64,000 bases of DNA from Zygnema circumcarinatum SAG 698-1b. Its lineage: Eukaryota; Plantae; Zygnematophyceae. The notes beneath the pieces were generated by a model. The model worked only from the letters and a program-made list of their open reading frames with translations, did no database searches and was not told where the DNA came from. Positions 40,077 to 51,610 of the stretch are shown piece by piece (within the stretch, counting starts at the first letter, position 1; each line of letters starts with the position of its first letter). The stretch is from contig CM074815.1 in the NCBI GenBank assembly GCA_037447605.1, forward strand, positions 2,480,001-2,544,000, read 5' to 3'. The position numbers were made by a program, and so were the translations under genes.

Positions 40077-43000
40077 TCAGTATCGTCTCCTCCCGTCCCC
40101 TTCTGTGATGATATCGTTGAACGTCCGCCCGCCCGGAATCATGGGCAGCACGTGCTCCTGCATAGGAATGGAGAAAGAGTCAGACATGTGAATTCAAATA
40201 CTGCCTTGAGAGAGGGAGAGAGAGTGTGAGCGAGCGAGAGAGAGAGAGAGAGGGAGAGAGAGGGAGAGAGAGGGAGAGAGGCAGGATATTGGCATTTCAC
40301 TACCTGATGGGGAACAATGACATCCAACAAGTAGGGGCCGGGGGTGTTCAACATTGTTTCGATGGCTGCCCGAAGGTCGGCTTTCCGGGTGACTCGGGCA
40401 GTTGAAACCTGTGTAGAAAACCTTTCATCTGCCGTCAAACATGCATGAATGGCAAGCGCAACGCAACAATACAAATCCAAAGAAGAAAAGGAAAGAAACA
40501 CTGGAAGAAGTTTTCAACTATTGAAGTCGAAGAGTGGGAAACAAGCATTCTCTTCGCTTCTCCCCATTGCTATTCCAGTTTTATTACTTCTTATTTTCCA
40601 GGGTTTTAGAGGTTTTTAGGGTGACAAGAAACTCAAAAACAGGTTTTTTTTCTTATTTCTCAGATTAAATTTCAGCTCTTTTGTTTTTTTCTCACAATAT
40701 GAAACTCTCACCTTGCAAGCCTCCGCAAATTTGCAGAAATCAGGGAAAATTTCGTCCTCATTTTCCGGATCACCCAAGAATGTATGCGCGCGATTGGCCT
40801 GAAAAACGGCCAAACATAACGCAAATTATAAAAAGGAATTTGGAATACCCAACAAAACCTGAAGGACCCCTAACCCATCCATAGACAAGCCGGACGCTAA
40901 ACGACAAAAACCTGCTCAGTGTGAACAGCCCACCTTGTAGAACCGGTCCTCCCACTGAACCACCATTCCAAGGTGTTGGTTGTTCAAAATCATGATCTTC
41001 ACAGGCAGCTTTTCCACGCGAATAGTCGCCAATTCCTGCACCAAAAAAAGGCATAGAGCCACATAGCACTAGTGTTAATCTCTTGGGATTAGGGTGAGAT
41101 GCACACTGAATGGAAACCTTCCTGGAATGGAACGTTCTCCCTTGGTCCGGGATATGATCAGATAATGTGTTTATTATAACAACAGAGGGAGGGATATCAA
41201 GAAATGCAAATGTTTGAGGAGATGCTCTAACAGATAACCCTCACATCTGCATCCCAATTTGTCATGATGCAACTGGGTTTGCAGCCACAAACCACAAACC
41301 TGCACATTCATGATAAAACTTCCATCGCCATCGATGTCAACGACCGGAATGGAGGGAAGAGTTGCGGCGGCTCCCAGAGCAGCCGGCAGCCCAAACCCCA
41401 TAGCCCCAAGGCCTGAAATACCCCAAAAAGAACCAAGAAAACGAGAGTGACATATAGATCAGAATCGCAAACGAAAGTTCGATTTCTCTTCCTCTTCGGG
41501 CATCGATATTAAAGACTTAAAGAACCTGACCATGTAATCTTTAATCCAGCTGAGGAAAAAGATTAAAAAGAGAAAGCAGAAGAGGGAGGAGGGATAACGA
41601 GGGCGGGAGTGTAGGAGCGAGAGGTGAAGAAAAGCAAGACGACAAGGGACGGACAGATATGCGATATGTCCTCATCGCCAAACCTCCCCTTCATACTTTC
41701 TAACCATACATCAACATACAGCCAACTTAAACCATGTGTTTATCTGCTACATAGCCCCCTTCTTTCCCTTTTTTTTTTTTTTTTTGGGTTCCCTTTTTTT
41801 TGTGCTGACCTCCGGAGGTGAGCCACCTTCTGGGCTCACGATATTTGTACCACTGCGCGGCCCACATCTGATGCTGCCCCACTCCGGTAGAAATAATTGC
41901 ATTTCCGTCCGTTATGTCATACAGAGTCTGGATGGCGTACTGGGGCATAATGGCCTCGTCAGTCTGCACATGGAACATAAGTGATGGTAGGAAAAGAGAT
42001 AGGAGTGATTAGATAGTGATCGCTAGTAGTAATTAGAGAGCGATCAGAGAGTGATAAGAGTGATTCGAGAGCCGTTACGAATGATTGGAGAGTGATTAGA
42101 AAGGAGCTTCCCAAGCTATGAGGACTGAAGGAAGGGATTGCCCCTCGCTCTTCCCCTCTAACGCCCTAACCACTTTCTCTGTCTTCCTTCCTCTCCTTCT
42201 CCCTCCTCGCTCCCCCCTCTACCCTCTCTTGCTCTCCCTCTCTCTGCCTGCTCCAACACTAGCCCCTACCTTTCTCCTTCTCTGCTTCCTCTACAGCTCT
42301 CCTGCTCGCTCTTTGTCCCCTTCCCTATCCTCTACCTTTCACCATCCATCTCCTTGCACCCCCGTCTACCTCCTACCTCTCTCTTCTCTCTGCTTCCCCA
42401 CTACAACTCTCCTGCTATGCCCTTTCCCCTCTACCCCTAACCTCTCTCCCTCTCTCTCCATCTCTGCTCCCTACCTCTCTCCCTCCTTGCGCACCTCTAC
42501 CCCCTACGTCTTTCCCTTTCTCCTCCTCTACTGCCTACCTCTCCCACTCTCGCCTTGACCCCCCCTAAAATCCCTACCTCTCCTTCTCTCTCCTTGCTCT
42601 CCTCCTCCCCCTCTAACCTCCACCATCTTCCCACTCTCCTGCCTCCTCTTGCTCTCCCCACTGCCCTCTCCCGTCTCCCTCTTTCCCTCTCTCCCTCTCT
42701 CAGAACCACAGGTGTAAGCATACCTGCGGGAACGTCATTGGCCATCTCTGCTTCTGTTCGTTCAACTCCTCCCTCCAACCGGAGAAGTCAAGTTCCACAC
42801 TTTGTCGTCGAAGCAGAGTGTTCAAAAGCCCCAAGGCGGGTTTCACATCCGCACATAGAGACACGTGGGGCTGCTTGTTTTTGCCAATTTCTGCAGGATC
42901 AATGTCAATGTGGACGATGCTTGCTCGACTCGCAAAAGCCTGCAGACGAATAAAGAAACAATCAAGAAAATCAATCACTCTGCAAAAAGTTGCCAAAACA

Positions 43001-43641
43001 CTTAATTCCAAAGACAATCTTTAGGAGTGGGAGATCTCACGGCTGATTTTGAAGGAAAAGACGAGAAATCGAATACTTTAAAACACATATCCAAAGAGCC
43101 CTATCCACCAGTTTCTCACCTCCAACTTTCCGGTCACACGATCGTCGAATCGAACACCAAACGCAAGCAGCAAATCACACGAATCGATGGCATAGTTTGC
43201 GTAAACGGTTCCATGCATTCCCAACATGTGAAGGGCGAGATCCTCCGTTTGGTCATACACTCCCAATCCCATCAAAGTGGATGCCACTGGAATTTTTGTT
43301 GATTCTACAAAAGCTCTCAACTCTTCCGCCGCTTGCAAACAGCCGCCCCCCAAATATACAACTGGCTTTTTTGCTCCTTGCAAAAGTCGAATAACTTGCT
43401 CAACTTGGTCTTTCTGAGGGGGAGGGGGCATTCTCTGGAGGTAGCCCTGAAGCTTCATCGGCTGCGCCCAATCAGGGACTGCCATCTGTTGCTGAATATC
43501 CTTCGGCACGTCGATAAGGACAGGTCCGGGTCTTCCGGAAGCAGCCAGGAAGAAAGCTTCACGAACTGCAATGAAGGAGGAAAAATAAGGTGTACTTTAG
43601 AGAAAAAGCGAGCATAACGTTGTTGTGTGTACGAGAGAGGT

Positions 43642-43680
<39 letters not shown>

Positions 43681-45257
43681 GTAGCCCACACCTATGCGCG
43701 GAATGTCGTCAATGTCCATGACGAGATAATTGTGTTTTGTAATCGACCGAGTGACCTCCACAATGGGAGTTTCCTGGAAGGCGTCCGTCCCGATCACTGT
43801 CCTGGGCACCTGTCCAGTTATGGCTACCAACGGAACGGAGTCAAGGAGCGCGTCAGCCAGCCCGGTGACCAGGTTCGTTGCACCTGGACCTGAAGTGGCA
43901 ATGCACACTCCCACCCTTCCAGAAGCTTTGGCATAGCCCTCGGCGGCAAAAATCTCTCCCTGCTCGTGGCGGCAGAGAATGTTGCGGATGGCTTTCGAGC
44001 GCGTAAGGGCCTGAACTAAAAAAAAACAAGAAATGGGGTAAGGTGAAGGTATATGGTGAAAATGAGTACTAAAAAGGTTACGAGGAAGGGAGTTAGGATG
44101 GAAGCAAGGAGCGATAGCTCAGCCAGTTAGCACCTCTGAACTGGCAGCAGTGATTGATAACAATGGCATTTTCCAGTTTCATGTTCAATTATAAATTAAG
44201 ACAATCAATTGGAAAAGGCAGAATTCACTATTTCTAAGCGTTCACGCATCACGCGGGACCGAGCACTCTCCCCATCAACCAAGGTCCGTTGATAGCTGTA
44301 AACTACACACCCTCACTCCTCTGACACTTCTCTAGCTCACATCCTCTCGCCTCTCCAGCGTCTTCTTTCTCACTCTCGTCCCTCTCCCTTTTCTCCCCTC
44401 CCCCTTCCATCTCTCCCTTCTCACCCCTTCTCCCCCATCCCGTCTCCTCCCCCATCCCCTCTCCTCCCCTCTCCTCTCCTCCCCATTCTCTCCCACCCCC
44501 CCCTCTCACTCTGCCCCCTCCCCTCTCCTCCCCCCTTCACTCCCCTCTCCCCACTCCTCTGCCCTCTCACCTCCCTTCCCCTCTGCACTTCCCACTCCCT
44601 CTCCCCACTCCTTTCCCCACTCCTCTGCCCCTCTCCATTCTCCAACCCAAAGCACACCAGACCGCAAACCAGCCACCGAACCCAAACAAATTCAAACCCA
44701 CAAACCAGCCCACGACGCAAACCACACAATTACCCGCACAGCCCGAAACCCCACCAGCCCGCCGCTCCCCCATAGCCCGACCCTCTCATTCCCGCAGTTC
44801 CCACCTGGTGAATTTCCATGGAGGCCCCCCCCGGGTACGCGAACACGGTCCTCACTCCCTCCCTCTCCAGCGCCTCCACGAGGATATCGCAGCCCTTGCG
44901 GGGCTCGTCCGCCCCAAACCGCGAAACGAACTCCCTGGGAGTCGGCGCCACCAGGGACTTCCCGCTGCTGACACGTGGCGTGGTCAGATCCTGCTGGGTG
45001 TCCAGCTCGGGTGACCGGAGGGCGACACCTGTCGTCGCGGAGCCGAAGGAGGAGGGGGTCTCCACGGAGGGCGGGAGCTCCGAGCGGGCGGCGATTGCCA
45101 CGTGGCGCTTGCTGCGGAGGGCATGGAGGGAAGGGGGAGCGGCTCTCTGCTTCAGTTCCGTTGAACTGCTTCCGACGGAGAAATTCGCGGAAGAAAGGTC
45201 TTCCGGGAGGGAGGAGGGGGCGAAGGGCTTCAGGAGGGCATGGCCCAACGCAGCCAT
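40077..45257 (-). CDS. ALS: Acetolactate synthase (AHAS) catalytic subunit with plastid transit peptide
   Basis: Ten exons: 45257-44805, 44010-43692, 43565-43120, 42939-42724, 41963-41810, 41412-41300, 41035-40934, 40798-40712, 40408-40304 and 40157-40077. Motifs [49 protein letters not shown] and [10 protein letters not shown]. Confidence 0.97.
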
Positions 45258-46174
45258 GGCTGCCAGCAGTTCTCCTTCCCAGAGAGAGCGAGAGAGAGGG
45301 AGGGAGAGTGAGGTAAGGAGAGTGAGGGTGGGAGGCGAACCCTAAAAACGTCGGGCCGCCTTTCTGTCTTGACACGTGCGGCACGTGCCTTCGCCTGCTG
45401 TGATTCGTTGAAGATAAATCCAAACATTTGTGTTTCTGGGTGCCACGTAGGAATTTGTTTGGTGACGTGGTGTAATTTTACTGGGCGAAGTAAATCAAGC
45501 TCAATTTCGGCCGTTCGAAACATGTGCAATTTCTGATCGGACGGTCATAATCAAAAGATTGAAACGCCATTTTTGGTTCCCACCCTGTATACGGAAAGGT
45601 TTTTTTTCTTTCGACCGCTGCCCGGTCTGAACCCTGCGAGACTCCGCCTTCCCATTCGTCCAAATCCGCGAAGGGCTGCCAGTTCACACAAAACGCCAAA
45701 ACGCGTTCGTCACGCGACTCTCTGGAGAGAAGAGCCGTCGACTGCACGTGCAAAGATGGATCCAACGGTCAGAAAGTGGACTCGACACGATACATTGCGA
45801 TATATCGACACTATGGGACGAAAGGAAGATATTTCGCATGCGTGATGAGATTCGAATCTTTCCGTTTCTTTGTGGCCAGTTTTGCAGTTACACGTACCGT
45901 TACGATGAACAAGCTGCACAGAATCGCGTGAAACTGGAACTCAACAATACGATAAAATATAGTCTACAAATAAATGTGTAGAGAAAAACGGAGCTCTATT
46001 TTGACCAAAAGTTTGCAACCATCTGACGTCTCAGTTCCAGTTTGTAGTTTTTTCGGTTTCTTTCGTCCGGTTTTCTACCCATGCCCTCCCATCTGCTCTC
46101 GTCTCCTCTCCGACGAGAGGGATGGGAGGATTGCAGGGCGCCATAGCTTGCAAGGTTTAGGGTTGAGGGCGGCC

Positions 46175-48802
46175 ATGGCGGGCGACCCCTGGGCGGAGGA
46201 CTTAGAGCTCGCGGGGCGGTGGTCACGTGACGTGGGGCCACATGTCGTGCTCGGAGTGGACGGGGGGGCCACCTCCACCGTCTGCGTGGCCATGGCGGCC
46301 GAGGGGGAGAGGGAGAGGGGGGGGGAGGCGGGGAGGGAGGGGGAGTGGGAGAGGGAGGGAGGCGGATATGGAGGGAGGCTCCTGGGGAGGGGGGAGGCTG
46401 GCTGCTCCAACCGGAACAGTGTGGGAGGTGGGCCTGAAACCGCAATTGCCTTGAACATTTGAGGGCCTGAATTAGTCTTGGTTCTCATTTTTGTAATTTG
46501 ATGCACTGACCCCGAAAAAAATCCTAAACCTTTTGCATCGTACCTTGTGCATTATGGCAGAATGAGATCCGAGCATTCTGGAGCTCTTTGCAAAATGATT
46601 TTCATAAGTCAGATGAAAATGCATGTTGGGATATTAGTGGCGTTAGTTTGATACTAAGGAAACTCAGTTTAAAATGTAAGGAAACGTTTACATTACTAGT
46701 TTCAGGGTTCCTCCCCACGCCTCTTCCCCCCCCTCCCCTTGGTTATCTCTGTCCCTGAAACCCCAAGCACCGGGCCAAAACCTCACAGGTCTAAACTTGA
46801 AATATTTAAGACACTTCAACTGCTTAATTTGCGCTACATTTGAGCAGAATCGAGCGCCCGGCTCGCGTTGGAGGAAGCCATGGCTGCCGCCCTCAAGGCG
46901 GGGAATCTTCCGCGAGCTGCGGTCCGTGCGGTGTGTCTCGGATTAGCAGGAGTGGATCGCCCGGGAGACGTGACACTTGTCACGGACTGGATGAGGTATC
47001 ATAGCACGAGAAACCAGCTCTTTCCTTTTGTTGTCTGAACTACTGAACTACTGAACTATTACACGTGAAGCCATTTTTAACCTTACAATGCAAATAAACA
47101 GACTAGCAAGCAACAGCAAACATTCGAGTGACGATGTTTAAAAATGAACGTTAAAAATATATGAAACAATGTTTAAAATGGCGCAGTAAGGGAAAGAATT
47201 GAGTGAATTGTGAACCTGTCTCAGTTGTAAACGGTTTCATCCACACCCTTCTTTCAGAGATGTGTTCGCGCACGGCCCAGAGTTACATGTGCACAACGAT
47301 GCAGTTGCGGCTCTAGCCAGCGGAACGCTCGGTTCCCTGTGCGGCGCAGTTCTCATTGCGGGCACAGGCTGCATTGCATATGGAATAAATTCTGAGGGCC
47401 GGGAGGCGAGGGCTTCAGGGGGAGGGCCAGTATTGGGGGACAGGGGAAGGTGAGCACAACCTGCTCCATTCGTATTGATCTCACATCATTAAACGCATTG
47501 TTTTTTTTTTACCAATTAAAAATTTAGCTTACACGTCTGAAATGCATGCGTGTATGTAGGTACATTCATGGGTTATTTGAATTTCTAGTTTATGATAGGC
47601 GGAGTGGAGATGGGCATGGCTGATATGTGTGCTTTAGGAGGGGAGGGTGAGAGTGGGTCAGCGGATATGCAATTGCAACAGAGGCATTGTCAGCGGTGAT
47701 GCGTTCCGATGATGGGAGAGGCCCTCCAACGGCGCTACATGATGCAGTTCTGCGGCAGTTGGGGCTCACATCAGCTCAAGAGCTTATTGGGTATGTTGCA
47801 CAGGTTATCATAACGTAAAAGGTCTTATACGGCATCAGAGTTTCTTGGCTGAACCACCATCTATACATTACAAATGAACTGTCAAAGCTGCACACATCTT
47901 TTGTTGGGAGAGAGATGTAAGCTGGACGACTTTTGGGGTGTTTGCAGATGGGCCTATAGAGATGCCCATTGGGCTCGAATAGCTGCCCTCACTCGGGCAG
48001 TCAAAACATGCGCTGCTGAAGGAGATGCCGAATCTCTTCGCATTCTGAATGAAGCTGCATGTGAACTCGCCCTCAGCGTGACAGCTGTCGCACGAACTCT
48101 ACAACTAGCAGGAGCAGGTAATCTGGTTTATTTACAACAGCTTTAGATCGCATATCGCATATGTAGAAACCAGGAAGTAATTGTAGCCGTACGATTGTGG
48201 AGGTTATGTTGTTCTGAAATTAGGGTTAGGACGCAGATGGTATGCAGACCTTTCCGCTTGTACTGGTGGGGGGAGTGTTGGAGCCATATGCCGGATTTGA
48301 CTTTACGGAGGGGCTCCTAGCAGAGCTGTCGAAGTTACTACCGCAGGCGCAGCCGCTTAAACCTAAGGTAACCTCTGCCCCACTCTCTCTCCCTCTCCCC
48401 TTCCCCCCTCCCTTCGTTCCCTCTTTCCACCCCCCCCACCCCCCTCCCTCACACTATCTCTCACTATCTCTCTCTCTCCTCCCTCTTCCCACCCCCCCAC
48501 CCCCCTCCCTCTCTCTATCTCTCACTATCTCTCTCTCTCTCCTCCTCCCTCTTCCCACCACCCCCAACCCCCCTCCCACTCTCTATCTCTCACTATCTCT
48601 CTCTCTCCCTCCTCCCTCTTCCCACCCCCCCTCCCCCTCCCTCTCTCTACCTCTCACTATCTCTCTCTCTCTCCTCTTCCCACCCTCTCTTTCTGCCCTA
48701 ATTTTGGCATGTCTCGACTCACGCATGCAGGTAGAGCCCGCTGTGGGCGCAGCCTTGCTGGCACGGGCAGCATATGAAAGGACCCATTTTGGGAAGAGAT
48801 GA
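46175..48802 (+). CDS. N-acetylglucosamine kinase (BadF/BadG/BcrA/BcrD ATPase family)
   Basis: Exons 46175-46427, 46848-46995, 47258-47449, 47662-47790, 47948-48117, 48237-48367 and 48731-48802. Motifs VLGVDGGATST, GCSNRNSVG, HNDAVAALASGT, IAGTGCIAYG, GDRGSGY, LVLVGGV and EPAVGAALLA, matching plant GlcNAc kinase. Confidence 0.93.
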
Positions 48803-49913
48803 ACGTGACGAATCGACCTTAAACCCTAAAAACCCTGAACACGGAACCCTTATCACTGAATCCCGAAAATTGAGTCTTTGGAAGTTTAGCCTCCCTCAGA
48901 CCGATATCGGAGGGTTCCGTTAACTCCACCGTCTTCCAGTTCTCACGCCGTCCCCAGAATCCGTAAAACTCAAAAACCGGGAAAATTTTAAACTAGGGAA
49001 CTTTTCTCTCTCACTTTGTCCCTCTCTCTCCCTCTCCCTCTCTCTCCCCCTCGTCCAATTTTCAACGAGGAACTGCTTTTGCACTTCTCGAATTCATTCT
49101 TTTGTTATTTCTATCATTATGATTGAAGGACCAAAACAGGAATATAGGCCTTCAAATTCATTGTGCTTCTTGAAAATAATAAAATGGCAGGTATCTTTTG
49201 TCTTTTTAATTGTAATCTTCCATTTATTTTTTTTACCTTTTGTTTATGCGTTGTTCTATGTTTGAAATGTGACGCAATCCTGTCAACCTCGCCATGTCTC
49301 CATGAGCAATGCAGTTATGCTCGCTGTTCGGTAGTGCTAAAATTGCAGAAGGTGACTTGACTTTATTGTGGTGAAGCATTTGAATAACAAGAATGTTTTC
49401 TTCATCGAGGTTCCCCATTGCTTTTACCGTAAAGTTAAAGTTCCAGGTACAGTACGGTGCGTTGTACGAATTGTACGGGTGTCCGGTCCTTGCGCTGGTC
49501 CATGCACGCGCATGCAAGTGACACCTCTCTCCTGCAACAGCAAGCAGCTACGGCAGATTATCTAAGACGAGAATCCACAAGATATCTAAGAATGAATTGG
49601 AAGCTTCTGCATGCATGCATAGAAGTTTGTGGGAATTCGTTGAACCGGACAGAGCATCGATTACTATAAGTAGGGACGCCGGTCATTTGGAGGCCAGGGA
49701 GCAAAGGAGAAGTAGAGAAGTAGGAAACAGAAGCAGGTTGACGAGAATTGTTTCAGTAAGGTAAGTAATAAATTGATTCAATACAATATGGCCTTCGTTT
49801 GAAATTATCTAGAGAGAGAGAGAGTCTCAGTGGAGTGAGTCTCCATGGTTTGAGCGCTTGTTCTAAGAGTCAGTCTTGCATGAATCTGCGTTGCAGCTTT
49901 CGAGTGTGTAACG

Positions 49914-50099
49914 ATGTCGGGCAATAAAGAGAGCGGCGGAAAAACGTTCATGACTCCCTCGGACGCTTCAAGGATTCAGTCCGCGGAAGCAAGGAGCCAT
50001 GGCGGCTCGGTGTCTTCAGACTCCTTTGCTGCCCGAGCGCAGTCTGCAGGCGCGACAAACGTGAATACCGGAAATGTCCCCCCTCCAAAGGGAAAGTAA
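49914..50099 (+). CDS. 61-aa hydrophilic SMP/LEA-like small protein
   Basis: MTPSDASRIQSAEARSHGGSVSSDSFAARAQSAG resembles the small M..DA.RIQS...FAARAQSA (SMP-domain) family as I recall it from fungi and bacteria. TATA at ~49663, a 5'UTR intron (GTAAGT 49761 to TGCAG 49896) and a probable 3'UTR intron from 50102. Confidence 0.75.
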   Translation: MSGNKESGGKTFMTPSDASRIQSAEARSHGGSVSSDSFAARAQSAGATNVNTGNVPPPKGK

Positions 50100-50640
50100 A
50101 AGTGAGTTTAATTTCTCGATATGTTTTACTCAAATTAACGTTTAGAATAGTTTGACTTGCTTCCAGATTTTCGTTGTTGAAGGATGATGTTGTCTCTTAC
50201 ATACTGTGTCGCTCCACCTGTTTTCTGATAGCGTATGGATGTAATTGATATAGATTTTCGACGCTTATCTCTTCTCTGCCTCATTTCTCAAATGTTTCAT
50301 TTGAAATTTACTGCTGATTAGACTTGTTTCATGCAGTGTGCCGCTGGCGATGTGCGGCCCTGGAGGAGAGGGATGCTGTTGCCGGTACCTGATCCGTACG
50401 ACTGACCATCAGCATGTACATGTACAGAAGTTTGATGACGACTCAGTTTTCGTTTAGTTCCGGAGACTGGAGCTGTGTGTAAATACAGACCTCGGGGAAA
50501 GTTGGAATCCTGTCGACAAGCAAACTAAGTGGTTGATTGAGATGAAGTGAAGTGATGGATGTTGATGTTGATGTTAGATGTTGATTTGTTGTAACAATGA
50601 TTGGTTGATGATTATTTTCATGCAGAGATGTTTCCTTTTT

Positions 50641-50890
50641 AAAGTAAACAAGAGAAGCTTCCTTTTAAAAGTGAACAAGAGAAGCTTCCTTTTTTAAAGT
50701 GAACAAAAGAAGCTTCCTTTTTTAAAGTAAAGAAGAGAAGCTTCCTTTTGTAAAGTAAACAAGAGAAGCTTCCTTTTTTAAGTAAACAAGAGAAGCTTCC
50801 TTTTTAAAAGTAAACAAGAGAAGCTTTCTTTCTTAAAAAACAAGAGAAGTTTCCTTAGTAATCAAGAGAAGCTTCCTTTTTGAAGTAAAC
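50641..50890 (+). repeat. ~27 bp tandem repeat x9 (AAAGTAAACAAGAGAAGCTTCCTTTT)
   Basis: Read directly. Most units carry the palindrome GAAGCTTC. Confidence 0.92.
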
Positions 50891-51610
50891 AATATTCAAT
50901 AGTTTCAACATAGAATTAGCAGCACAGCACCAGTTTCTGACAAAGCCAAGATCACAAGAAAATGTTTGAGCTCAACGACATCCAAAGAAAGGTCGCCCTT
51001 CTCTTAATATTCAAATGTGTCAACAAAGCCATAAGAGGTTCATGACCCCTATGTGCGAACGAGGAAACTTGAACAAAGGCTAAATAAAAACTGTAAAATC
51101 CACAAAATCTGCAAAATAGTATAACATAAAGCAACATATCTCCTGCACTACTTCTAGCTTTTGTTGATATATTTGCGCGAACAAAGTATCCTCAACAAAA
51201 GATAGAGCCGTGCCACGTGACAAAAAACGACGGTCGAGCGATGGTCCATCAGACTCCCCTCTCAAACAAGAGGCAACTCGGCAATAACGGGGGCTCCCGC
51301 TTCTCTGCATTAAGGCCTGCAAGTGCAAGAGTAAATATTAGTTAGTAAAGAATATTTTGATAGACATTAGACTGCGCCTCTCTATACTTCCTTCCTCCTC
51401 GTCTCTCCCTCCCGCTCTCTCGTCTCCCTCCCTCTCCCTCCCCCCTTTCTCATTCTCACTCTCACTTCCCCATCTATCCGCTCTCTCCCACGCTCTCTCT
51501 GTACCCACACCAACCGTGCGAGATTCTAAGCACACCATCGGCAAACAATCTAATACTTGCCCTCTGCATTTATAGAGTCCATCATTCAGGAGCAGTTCAA
51601 AGGCAGGCAC

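Noticed and set aside
50641-50890. Possible CRISPR array
   Set aside because: The units are contiguous with no unique spacers, there are no cas genes, and the context is eukaryotic.
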